This document shows positions 9,501 through 17,486 of a DNA stretch of 33,674 bases, one piece after another. Position numbers and translations under genes: made by a program. Each line of letters starts with the position of its first letter. Position 1 is the first letter of the stretch. This stretch comes from Prevotella sp. (GTDB lineage Bacteria > Bacteroidota > Bacteroidia > Bacteroidales > Bacteroidaceae): the NCBI GenBank assembly GCA_022511055.1, contig JAFLSH010000001.1, forward strand, positions 1-33,674, given 5' to 3'. Below the pieces are notes generated by a model. The model searched no databases, was not told the DNA's origin, and saw nothing but the letters and a program-made list of their open reading frames with translations.

Positions 9501-10375
9501 AGACCTTGCATGCCGATGTGGTTGTGTGTAAGCAAGAGATGAAGGGCATGACCGGCAGTGAGCTGTGCAACAAGATGAAGATGAATCCTGCCACAGACAA
9601 GGCCAAGTTCGTGCTGATGACTGACGGCAACTTGACACCGCAGGATATGAAGGCCATGAACATCTCCCTCTCTGCTGATGACTATTTGGCTAAGCCGTTT
9701 AACATGCAGGAAGCTGTCATGCGGTTTAACAGATTGTTGGGTCTTGGCTTCGTTGATATTGACAATAATCTTATCGAAGGCTCAGAGACACGCCTGTTGG
9801 AAAGCCACAATTCCAGCATGACAACGGCCACGGAAAGCATTGACCTGGGCGACTATGCTGCAGCTGGCTCCAATGAAAACGCGGCTTCCGCTGATGATGA
9901 GATGAGAATTGTGGAAACAAAGATACGGAGTAATAATCAACTGGTCAGACAAACTGCCCACTTCACCAGACCCGATGCGGAAACTGCGCCGGAAGGTGAG
10001 GAACAGTCAGACTATTTCAGCGAGTATTCTATGGCAGACTCAATGGATAGGCAGCTGCTGAAGAACATAGAGCAGTACGTTCTGCAAAACATGAGCCACG
10101 GCCAGATAAGTCTGGGCGAAATGGCGACCGCCATGGGCATGGGGCGTGTGCCGTTCTTCCATAAGATTCGGAACATTACGGGCAAGACGCCTGCGGAACT
10201 GGTGCGTGACTTGCGCCTGAAGCATGCTTGCATTTTGTTGAAACGTACCAATATCAACATGAGCGAGCTGGCTACCAACGTAGGATTCATGACTGGCGAG
10301 AACTTCATCACTGTGTTCAGGGAAAAGTTCGGATTATCGCCGCTCGAATACAGGCTTAAACACCGTAAAGCATGA
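6590..10375 (+). CDS. Hybrid two-component-like regulator (beta-propeller sensor, Y_Y_Y, TM, degenerate DHp, pseudo-receiver, AraC HTH)
   Basis: Repeated DSRGxxWxGT propeller blades, a Y_Y_Y domain (YWMEGLD...LSSGNYVLHVKA), TM PWYLSWW, a receiver-like IDDN...YLAKPF segment, and C-terminal AraC (VGF...FREKFGLSPLEYR). Confidence 0.88.
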   Translation: MMKKLFIASLLLILPMAVTAVYLFKTLDARRGLTSSQVNCILKDSRGYMWFGTPAGLYRYDGYTFKNFQCDSQDGSSLPDSYINSIQEALDGNLWVRTPSGYCLYNPQTESFERDMKLVFSRMGIERVPAIVYIDKHKNLWGYIPNKGVLCYNMQQQLLYEFGYTDDAHGVPQGNICSISECRDGALIVYDDGRIVCCDVMHQQHTVWATSEIAARKLRRSSSLRAFADQMDNIWLYGQGTLFVYNKSANSWNTDFGNRLGLTGVGVDNAINGMGSDKSGNIWIGSDRLGLLRMNATTYEMESVWARSINDVRKNDDGIRVQSLYIDDTDLIWVGTEKSGVAYSGKSIYRFQSNLIGDVTAIAQDANGRVWYGTSDKGLLDYNGELASLKVSCITSAPDGSLWVGSKQNGLTRIKDGATHVYSLAKDSLKTLIDDHVNALCTDKVGNLWIATSGGLQVYNHRMNTFSTYTRENGKLQTNNITALFYGTDNKLLIGTGEGLSIMDLTTTEIKHLTGNSTHMKPFTNNYVTQVYEDSRGLIWVGTREGLNILYPQNDTLKYLTEKQGLCNNNICGITEDKKHNMWVTTSNGVSRIVVQRNQEESYSYGLYNYDTTDGLQSNEFNPGAILTKTDGNVLLGGLRGVNWTSQEVNSDTETLPKVMLTQLFFGEQEVLTGHEYDGIVPLPQALNETNKIALKNSQNTFTIKFAAGNYNQSERLQFMYWMEGLDSDWRNGDALSHGVTFHDLSSGNYVLHVKAISAEGAVSNQERTLEIHIDRPWYLSWWMIFIYASLIIVILYIWKIGINQAKEIKNRKGAVIMELKRQREEIKSTADDLRQPMSRMAGIIGNLSEKEKSLEEREQLNALHSQMLQIITRVSDMQMALEHPEEKAKAAVHKRYELNAKGELELPEAVNETLTSEFRPRQNVDMPTAKFVVIFIDDNEDFLKFTSARLRNVYNLHVYNNIIKAAEDLETLHADVVVCKQEMKGMTGSELCNKMKMNPATDKAKFVLMTDGNLTPQDMKAMNISLSADDYLAKPFNMQEAVMRFNRLLGLGFVDIDNNLIEGSETRLLESHNSSMTTATESIDLGDYAAAGSNENAASADDEMRIVETKIRSNNQLVRQTAHFTRPDAETAPEGEEQSDYFSEYSMADSMDRQLLKNIEQYVLQNMSHGQISLGEMATAMGMGRVPFFHKIRNITGKTPAELVRDLRLKHACILLKRTNINMSELATNVGFMTGENFITVFREKFGLSPLEYRLKHRKA

Positions 10376-11640
10376 AAGCTGGACAACATTTGTGGGCGAG
10401 AACGACCTTATTAGTCGTTCTCGCCTGTATATCTACGACACTCAAAGCCCAGTCCAGCGACTCCCTTATCTTGGAGAGCTTGCGCAGCGAAGGATTCCAT
10501 TTCACCGCCGGCAACCATGTTCGGCTGCTCATGTCTGGGCAGGAGAAATTCGATGATATGTTTGAGAGTATTCGGCAGGCTCGCCACAGCATTCATCTTG
10601 AGTATTTCAATTTCCGAAACGACAGCATTGCTTCTGCCCTTTTTGACTTGCTCCGCATGAAGCGGCAGGAAGGCGTGGAAGTCCGCACGCTCTTTGACGG
10701 TTTCGGAAACGACTCGAATAATCAGCCATTGCAGAAGAAACACATCAAAGCCCTGCGTGAAGATGGCATTGATATCCATGAGTTTGACCCCATTCGTTTT
10801 CCATGGGTAAACCACATCTGGCCCCGTGACCACCGTAAGATTGTGGTCATTGATGGCTGCATAGCCTACACGGGAGGTATGAATGTAGCCGACTACTACA
10901 TAGAAGGCACGGAGCAAGTGGGTGAGTGGCGGGATATGCACTGCCGCATTGAAGGCCCTGCCGTTAATGACCTTCAGGACATCTTCTGCCATATATGGAA
11001 GAAAACCACCGGCGAAACCATTGACGGCCCGCAGTATTTCGGTGGCAGCCCTGTGGGAAATCAGGTTGTTGGCATTGTCAACCGCGAGCCGGGCACAGTC
11101 TACACCCCGGAAGGCTCGCTGCTGGGGCGGCATAACGCCATGCGCCAGCTGTATATCACGGCGATAGACAATGCCCGGGATTCCCTGAAGCTCATCAATC
11201 CTTATTTCACGTTGGTGCCTTCTGTCACCAAGGCGCTGAAAAGAGCCATTCGCCGCGGGGTAAAGGTAGAAATCATGGTGTCTGCAAAGAGTGACATTCC
11301 GTTGACACCTGATGTGGTCTACTATAATGCCCATCGCCTGATGAAGCGTGGCGCTGATGTCTGGCTCTACGAGCCCGGCTTTCACCACTCCAAGATTATG
11401 ATGGTCGATGGGCGGCTTTGTACGGTTGGGTCAGCAAACTTAGATGCCCGTAGTCTGCGTTTCGACTATGAGGAGAATGCCGTTATCAGCAGCCCGGCAG
11501 TCACTCAGCAGCTTGACTCCCTGTTTAATGCTGACAAGCAGAAGAGTTTCTATCTGACCCCTCAGACATGGCGGGAGTTCCGCTCGCCTTGGAAACGTTT
11601 TGTTGGCTGGGCTGGCCATCTGCTTCAGCCCTGGCTTTGA
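10372..11640 (+). CDS. cls: Cardiolipin synthase / phospholipase D family protein
   Basis: Two HKD motifs (HRKIVVIDG...TGGMN; HSKIMMVDG...VGSANLD), plus WRD and NPYF; ATGA overlap with the upstream gene. Confidence 0.85.
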   Translation: MKAGQHLWARTTLLVVLACISTTLKAQSSDSLILESLRSEGFHFTAGNHVRLLMSGQEKFDDMFESIRQARHSIHLEYFNFRNDSIASALFDLLRMKRQEGVEVRTLFDGFGNDSNNQPLQKKHIKALREDGIDIHEFDPIRFPWVNHIWPRDHRKIVVIDGCIAYTGGMNVADYYIEGTEQVGEWRDMHCRIEGPAVNDLQDIFCHIWKKTTGETIDGPQYFGGSPVGNQVVGIVNREPGTVYTPEGSLLGRHNAMRQLYITAIDNARDSLKLINPYFTLVPSVTKALKRAIRRGVKVEIMVSAKSDIPLTPDVVYYNAHRLMKRGADVWLYEPGFHHSKIMMVDGRLCTVGSANLDARSLRFDYEENAVISSPAVTQQLDSLFNADKQKSFYLTPQTWREFRSPWKRFVGWAGHLLQPWL

Positions 11641-11678
11641 GCATCCGTTGACCATCGAAGAGAAAACAAGGGAAAGAT

Positions 11679-12806
11679 ATGAGAAACAAGACCATTTCCA
11701 TCATGAAAGCGCTGGCCATTATTCTGATGGTTATCGGCCATGCTGACAGCCCCAGCCGGCTGACGGCGTTTCTCTATGAGTTCCACATGCCGCTGTTCTT
11801 TGTCTGTGCCGGTTTCTTTTTCTCTCTTAGATATCTCAGTCAGGAAGCCACTTTTGTCAAGCGCCGCTTCAAGGGACTTTATCTTCCGTTCCTGAAGTGG
11901 TCTGTGTTTTTCTTGCTGATTCATAACCTGATGTTTGACATTGGTCTGCTCAATGAGCGCTATGGCAACTGGAGTGGCGGGGTTACTCATCCGTACACCT
12001 GGCATCAGGCGCAGCAGCGGCTGTGGAACATAGTAACGGCCATGGGCGGCTACGATGAGTTCCTTTGTGGCGCTTTCTGGTTTTTCCGCGCTTTGTTGGT
12101 GGCCAGCATCAGCTGGTTAGTGGTCTACAAGTTGGCCGACTGGGCTGCAGGCAAGATGGCTTCCCGCAGAAAGCTGCCTTGCCAGACATTGCTCACCACT
12201 TTGCTGTGCTGTCTCTTCTTTCTGTTCCTTGCCGGATGGAAGACCTATGCGGGGCTGCGCATTGTCAACTTGGTACAGGGCGGCTATCGCGACCTTATGG
12301 GCGCTTTCTTCTTTGGTTGTGGTTTCCTGTTCCGCCAGTTGCGCCCCCTCTATCGCCCCCGCTGGTGGAATACGTTGCTGTTTGCAGCTGTTGTAGCCTG
12401 GTTTTCAGTCTATGCCACGGCCAACATGAACTGGAAATCCACCTTCGACCAGTTTTTGTGGCTGCCCATTCCAGCCTTGTGCGGTTGCTTGATGACCTAT
12501 AACATAGCCTCTTTTCTTGAGCGCCGGCCAGGCCCGCTTCGCAGTTTCCTGTGCTTCTGTGGCGACAACACCTTGCCGATTTTTGTCTTCCATATCATCA
12601 GCTTCAAGTTGGTGAGTGCCTTGAAAATCATGTACTATGGCATGGATTGGCAGCAAATAGGCTGCCACATGGTCATTCACGACCATGCCCACGAGGATTA
12701 TTTCTGGATTTTATATACCATTGTGGGTGTTGGCCTGCCCTTGCTCTGCACTTGGTGCTGGCAACGAATATCCCAGTCCAGAAAGCTGCGCGTGAAGGAA
12801 TTCTAA
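11679..12806 (+). CDS. Acyltransferase family 3 (membrane O-acyltransferase)
   Basis: KALAIILMVIGH, FHMPLFF...GFF, KRRFKGLYLPF, FWFF and G.NTLPIFVFH motifs; hydrophobic throughout. Confidence 0.88.
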   Translation: MRNKTISIMKALAIILMVIGHADSPSRLTAFLYEFHMPLFFVCAGFFFSLRYLSQEATFVKRRFKGLYLPFLKWSVFFLLIHNLMFDIGLLNERYGNWSGGVTHPYTWHQAQQRLWNIVTAMGGYDEFLCGAFWFFRALLVASISWLVVYKLADWAAGKMASRRKLPCQTLLTTLLCCLFFLFLAGWKTYAGLRIVNLVQGGYRDLMGAFFFGCGFLFRQLRPLYRPRWWNTLLFAAVVAWFSVYATANMNWKSTFDQFLWLPIPALCGCLMTYNIASFLERRPGPLRSFLCFCGDNTLPIFVFHIISFKLVSALKIMYYGMDWQQIGCHMVIHDHAHEDYFWILYTIVGVGLPLLCTWCWQRISQSRKLRVKEF

Positions 12807-12837
12807 GCCTTACGGTATTTGGAGCTTGCGATGGTTT

Positions 12838-15024
12838 TCAGACACTCTCCAGCAAGTCAGTCATAAGCCATATTTCCACATCATTGATGCCGTTGCTTGT
12901 TAGCAGTTCATAGCTGTTGTCAAAGAACTCCCTGACAGGGTCAAACTCGCCTTTCTGCGAATCGGCATAGGTCTTGAACATGTCGGCAGCCTTTTCAATG
13001 TCATGCTTCAGCCAAAGGCAGTAGCCGTAGTTCAGCCAGTCTATCGCTTCGTGGTCTTTGTAGCTCACCAGTCTGGCATACATCTTTTCCGCCTGTTCCA
13101 GCTTGCCTGCCCCCACCAATGCCCATGCCAGCACGTGCATGACCTGCTGGTTTTCGGCGTGGTTGTAGTGCAGTTCATAGAGAGGCTCGACCACTTCTTC
13201 ATAGCAGGCTTCTTGAATCTTGCAAATAGCCCAGTTCACCAGGTATTTGTTCTTGTCGCCGTGCATCTCGTAGAGCCGTTTGTAGGTCTCTGCCGCCTTG
13301 TCAAAATGCCCAGACTTGGTTTCGCACTTGGCATATAGCGCCAATGCCTGCTCGTTCCCAGGCTCTCTTTCCAGAACTTCCTCTAATTCACTCTTGGCAG
13401 CCTCATGGGCCTTGAGCTTGATTTTTGTCTTGGCACTTAACATCTGAAGCTCCACATTGCCTGCCACCGTGCAATACGACAATACCGCCTCTGCTTCCTC
13501 ATACATCTTTTGCCTGAAAAAGAACTTGGCCATGCTCCCAAGGTCGGCAGCCACGCCGCTGGAAAGGCAGATGGGCGACTTTAATATGAAGCTGCAGTTT
13601 TCCTTTTCGTCAAATGGGCTCAGGAAGTCATTGCGCTGTGGCAGCAGCTTGAAGAAACGGTAGAGCGACTGCAAGTAAATGCGCCTCAGATATTCCGGGC
13701 GCTGCTTGTCTTCATCGTTCAGCTCCACCTCAGCCATGCGGGCCTCGCCTCTTTCCATCATCTCGATGAAGTTTGCCGGCAGCTTGTCGACAACATGGCC
13801 AAAGGCCAGCGCCAGCGAGTATTTGTCACTGTCACAGAAGGGGCCCGTGTTCATCAGCATTTTTAACGTCTTGGCCACCTTGCTTTTCTGCCATATATGT
13901 TCCACTCCTGGGTGCTGTTCATAGAATGGCATGAGCCAGTTACATGTATCGTAGAAGAACGGGAAACGCTTCATCTGGGCAAATCCGCCGAAATAGATGT
14001 CTGCCCCTGTTCGCTGCATCTCTGCCATGCGGCTCATGGCGGCTTCCATCCGTTCCATTCGGCGTTCCGACTCCTCTGGCCGCAGAATATTCTCCAGCGG
14101 GTCTTCTTCAGTCTCCTCTATCCCGTCTCTGGTAACGCGCAAGTGGTTGCCTTTCATCAGTTCCGGGATAATTTCATCATGCATCACCCGCGTGTCATCC
14201 TCAGTCTTCAGGCAGAACACCAGCTGTTTTTGCAGCTCGATGATTTCCTCTCTGTTTCGCTTGATGGCCAGCAGGTGCTTGACCGCTTCATTTTGTTCTG
14301 TGAAAATCTCTGACACGCATGGCTTGAGCCCAAACACCCAGCCCACCAGGGCGCGCTGCCGGACAGCCTCATCTCTTGACTGGTTGTAGACAATCATGAG
14401 CAGCAGCAGCTTGTTGATGTCATAGGCTTGCAGCAGTGACAGTGTTATTGCGCTGACTATCAGCTGCTGGTCAATGGTGTCAATCGTTGGCGACAGCAGT
14501 ATCTGCCTGAAACCCTCGGCTTTACCATCGTTCCATAGTTTTGAGGTAACGATGTAGTTGAACGTGTCGCGCATGACTTCATAATGCTCCTGGTACAGCC
14601 GTTTCCGCTGTTCATCTTGCTTGTTTGCCGGCTCCAGTTCCAGCATGGCCACGTTGCTTACGAAGTTTTCCAGGTCTTGGCGCAAGAGCGAGACCGACCA
14701 GTCTTTGCGGTGGCTGCGGGCATAGGAGCGCATGCTGCTCAGCGATGCCGTATTGCGGACACGGTAGTGGATGCTGATGTTGGTGGCCAGCTGGAAAGCC
14801 TGTCTGACAAGCCTTTTGTAGACATCAGTGCGCTGTGGGTCTGCGAAGCCCCGCTGCCAGTAGTCTTTCATCAGCTTGTAGTCAGCCATGATTATCTGTA
14901 GCTGCTCTGAAGCTGAGGGGTGCGGGTAGGTCAGCAGGTAGTTCTCCAGTCCTTCAAGCCCCTTCTTCAGATTATCTTGCAGCAGGCACTCCATGATGCC
15001 TTCCAGAATTTCTTGTCTTATCAT
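12838..15024 (-). CDS. Tetratricopeptide-repeat protein, function unknown
   Basis: 728 aa helical ORF with C-terminal TPR-like repeats (ALALYAKCETKSGHFDKAAETYKRL, LAWALVGAGKLEQAEKMY, WLNYGYCLWL). Confidence 0.8.
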   Translation of the reverse strand: MIRQEILEGIMECLLQDNLKKGLEGLENYLLTYPHPSASEQLQIIMADYKLMKDYWQRGFADPQRTDVYKRLVRQAFQLATNISIHYRVRNTASLSSMRSYARSHRKDWSVSLLRQDLENFVSNVAMLELEPANKQDEQRKRLYQEHYEVMRDTFNYIVTSKLWNDGKAEGFRQILLSPTIDTIDQQLIVSAITLSLLQAYDINKLLLLMIVYNQSRDEAVRQRALVGWVFGLKPCVSEIFTEQNEAVKHLLAIKRNREEIIELQKQLVFCLKTEDDTRVMHDEIIPELMKGNHLRVTRDGIEETEEDPLENILRPEESERRMERMEAAMSRMAEMQRTGADIYFGGFAQMKRFPFFYDTCNWLMPFYEQHPGVEHIWQKSKVAKTLKMLMNTGPFCDSDKYSLALAFGHVVDKLPANFIEMMERGEARMAEVELNDEDKQRPEYLRRIYLQSLYRFFKLLPQRNDFLSPFDEKENCSFILKSPICLSSGVAADLGSMAKFFFRQKMYEEAEAVLSYCTVAGNVELQMLSAKTKIKLKAHEAAKSELEEVLEREPGNEQALALYAKCETKSGHFDKAAETYKRLYEMHGDKNKYLVNWAICKIQEACYEEVVEPLYELHYNHAENQQVMHVLAWALVGAGKLEQAEKMYARLVSYKDHEAIDWLNYGYCLWLKHDIEKAADMFKTYADSQKGEFDPVREFFDNSYELLTSNGINDVEIWLMTDLLESV

Positions 15025-15066
15025 AAAAATTGACCAATTTAGTTTACTGTTAGGGTGGTTGCGGCT

Positions 15067-15984
15067 TTATTTGTCCTTCAGCCATTGCGCGGCCCTGTCT
15101 ATGTCATGCTGCCGTGGCGGTTGCGCATGCGGGAATTTCAGCTGTGGCAGCGAATCGACCACGGCCGGTTTCAGGCTCAGGTATTTCTCTATTAACCCCC
15201 GGTAGGCCGGCAACCCCTTGTCGTTCAGCGAGTCGCATGCCTGGTTGTAAGCCTTGACCATCAGGTCAAGCTGCTCTTGCCGCTTTTCGTTGGCCAGTGG
15301 GCGCTCGCACGCCACGATAACGCCCAGCTGCAAATCCATCTGCCTGGTGTCCATCAGCACCCGGTGCTTTGCCACGCGTGCCGCCGTGGCTTGCGGCTCA
15401 GTCATGAAAAGCGCATCCATGGTGTTCGTTTGCAGCATCTGCAACCTGACCAGCACATCGTTAATCTGCACGCGGAACACCCGTTCTGTCTTTAGCTTGG
15501 CCGAGTCTACCAGCGCATCGCTCAGCAAGTCAGTGGCCGAATAGCGTGTCATGGCCACCATCTTGTCATCTAAGTCTTTCAGCTGCCGCAGGCGCGCCTG
15601 CCGCCTGGTTATCAGCTGCCAGTAGGTGTTGGTGGCGGCGATATAGCGCAGCGGCGTTCCCTGCTTCTGCAGTCGTTCTGCCCTTACCAGGTCGGTAATG
15701 CTCACTTCCACGCGCCCCCGCTGCATGGCCGTGTCGCAGTCCATCTGTGCCGTGAAGAATTTAAGCCTTACGTTCACGCCTAACTGGTCGAAGATGCCCC
15801 GCTCTTGCGCAACGTAGAAGGGCATGCAGTCGAGTGTTGGCATGACGGCAATCTTCAGTGCCGCTGAATCCTCGCGCCACAGCTTTTTCTGTTGGGCGCG
15901 TGTCTGCCGCTTGGTTTCTTGGTAGCTCTGACCGCATGCTGCCATCAGCAGCACGGCCATCAGGATGAATGGGAAACGTTTCAT
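15067..15984 (-). CDS. ABC-type substrate-binding lipoprotein (SsuA/NMT1-like)
   Basis: Lipoprotein signal MKRFPFILMAVLLMAAC; PFYVAQERGIF, LKDL..KMVA and DALFMTEP motifs. Start reassigned to 15984. Confidence 0.78.
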   Translation of the reverse strand: MKRFPFILMAVLLMAACGQSYQETKRQTRAQQKKLWREDSAALKIAVMPTLDCMPFYVAQERGIFDQLGVNVRLKFFTAQMDCDTAMQRGRVEVSITDLVRAERLQKQGTPLRYIAATNTYWQLITRRQARLRQLKDLDDKMVAMTRYSATDLLSDALVDSAKLKTERVFRVQINDVLVRLQMLQTNTMDALFMTEPQATAARVAKHRVLMDTRQMDLQLGVIVACERPLANEKRQEQLDLMVKAYNQACDSLNDKGLPAYRGLIEKYLSLKPAVVDSLPQLKFPHAQPPRQHDIDRAAQWLKDK

Positions 15985-15990
15985 TGAGTG

Positions 15991-16039
15991 CAAAATTACG
16001 AAAAAAACTTGTAACAACGAAAACTTTTTAGTAATTTTG
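15991..16039. promoter_or_regulatory. Divergent promoter pair (substrate-binding protein / radA)
   Basis: TAATTTTG on the minus strand (15998-15991) and on the plus strand (16032-16039); CTTG lies 20 nt upstream of the latter. Confidence 0.7.
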
Positions 16040-16047
16040 TGGCAATT

Positions 16048-17445
16048 ATGGCAAAAGACAAAGTTCAGTATGTCTGCTCCAACTGCGGACAAGAGTCGCC
16101 CAAGTGGATTGGCAAGTGCCCTGCCTGTGGCCAGTGGAACACCTTCAAGGAGATTCGTGTGGCTGACACCCGCCAGCCTGCGGCTGCCCATGCCGCCGCT
16201 GTGGCCGGCCATGCGCTTCGCCAGTCAAAGCCTCTCAGGCTGAGTGAGATATCTTCAAAAGACGACCCCCGCATAGACCTCTATGACGCAGAGCTGAATC
16301 GTGTGCTTGGCGGCGGTCTTGTGCCCGGCTCGTTGGTGCTTTTGGGCGGAGAGCCGGGCATAGGCAAGTCTACCCTGTCACTACAGACAGCGCTTCAGCT
16401 GACTGACCGCCGCGTGCTGTATATCAGCGGCGAGGAAAGCGCCCATCAGCTGAAGATGCGCGCCGAGCGGCTCATGGAAGGGCAGGGGAGCAGGGATGCC
16501 TCCGCCCTTCTCATTCTCTGCGACAACAGTCTGGAGTCCATCTTTGACCACATTCGCGACATCCGCCCGGAGCTGGTTATCATTGACTCCATTCAGACTA
16601 TCATGACCGAGAACGTAGACTCTTCTGCCGGCTCCATCGCTCAGGTTCGCGAGTGTGCTTCGGCCCTGCTGCGCTTCGCCAAGACTTCCGGCGTGCCTGT
16701 CATTCTGATTGGCCATATCACCAAGGAGGGCACTTTGGCCGGCCCCAAGATTCTGGAGCATATTGTCGACACGGTTATCCAGTTCGAGGGCGACCAGCAC
16801 CATCTCTACCGTATTCTCCGCTCCATTAAAAACCGCTTTGGCTCCACCTCTGAGTTAGGCATCTATGAGATGCAGCAGACGGGGCTCCGGCAGGTGGCCA
16901 ATCCCTCTGAGTTGCTGCTTACCCAAGACCGCGATGGGCTGTCTGGTGTGGCTATCTCATCAGCCATAGAGGGTGCGCGGCCGTTCCTTGTTGAGACACA
17001 GGCACTTGTTGCCAGTGCCGCCTATGGCACTCCGCAGCGGCAAGCCACTGGCTTCGACCAGCGGCGGCTCAATATGCTGTTGGCTGTGCTTGAGCGCCGT
17101 GTCGGCTTCAAGCTCATGCAGAAAGACGTGTTCCTTAACATTGCCGGCGGACTGCGCGTGACCGATTTGGCCATGGACCTCTCGGTCATTGCCGCTGTTC
17201 TCTCGTCTAATGTCGACACGCCCATTGATGCAGGCTGGTGTCTCTGCGGCGAAGTGGGACTGAGTGGCGAGGTGCGCCCCGTGGCACGGATAGAGCAGCG
17301 CATCGGCGAGGCACAGAAGCTCGGCTTCACCGACCTGATTCTGCCTTACCATAATTTCCAGGGGCTTGACCGGCGCCGCTTCCCCAACATCAATCTCCAC
17401 CCGGTGCGTAAGGTTGAGGAAGCCCTGCGGGCGCTGTTCGGCTAA
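16048..17445 (+). CDS. radA: DNA repair protein RadA/Sms
   Basis: C4 zinc finger CSNC..CPAC, Walker A GEPGIGKS, IDSIQT, the KNRFG signature, and a Lon-like C-terminus (GEVGLSGEVR). Confidence 0.97.
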   Translation: MAKDKVQYVCSNCGQESPKWIGKCPACGQWNTFKEIRVADTRQPAAAHAAAVAGHALRQSKPLRLSEISSKDDPRIDLYDAELNRVLGGGLVPGSLVLLGGEPGIGKSTLSLQTALQLTDRRVLYISGEESAHQLKMRAERLMEGQGSRDASALLILCDNSLESIFDHIRDIRPELVIIDSIQTIMTENVDSSAGSIAQVRECASALLRFAKTSGVPVILIGHITKEGTLAGPKILEHIVDTVIQFEGDQHHLYRILRSIKNRFGSTSELGIYEMQQTGLRQVANPSELLLTQDRDGLSGVAISSAIEGARPFLVETQALVASAAYGTPQRQATGFDQRRLNMLLAVLERRVGFKLMQKDVFLNIAGGLRVTDLAMDLSVIAAVLSSNVDTPIDAGWCLCGEVGLSGEVRPVARIEQRIGEAQKLGFTDLILPYHNFQGLDRRRFPNINLHPVRKVEEALRALFG

Positions 17446-17452
17446 GAGCCTC

Positions 17453-17486
17453 AAAAAAAACGGTTTACGCGTTTTCGTAAACCGTT
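17453..17486 (-). terminator. Intrinsic terminator for ridA-queC overlapping the queC stop codon
   Basis: Perfect 11-bp stem AACGGTTTACG (17459-17469) / CGTAAACCGTT (17476-17486), with an A8 run at 17453-17460 giving the U-tail on the minus strand. Confidence 0.7.

Noticed and set aside
6590-10375. Calling the HTCS-like gene a pseudogene
   Set aside because: The frame is uninterrupted, the sensor and AraC domains look intact, and it is translationally coupled to cls.
15985-16212. N-terminal extensions in the ORF track (substrate-binding protein, also ridA, pgk, GH5, HEPN)
   Set aside because: The extensions run through promoter boxes or neighbouring genes; family N-termini and signal peptides begin at the downstream ATGs used above.
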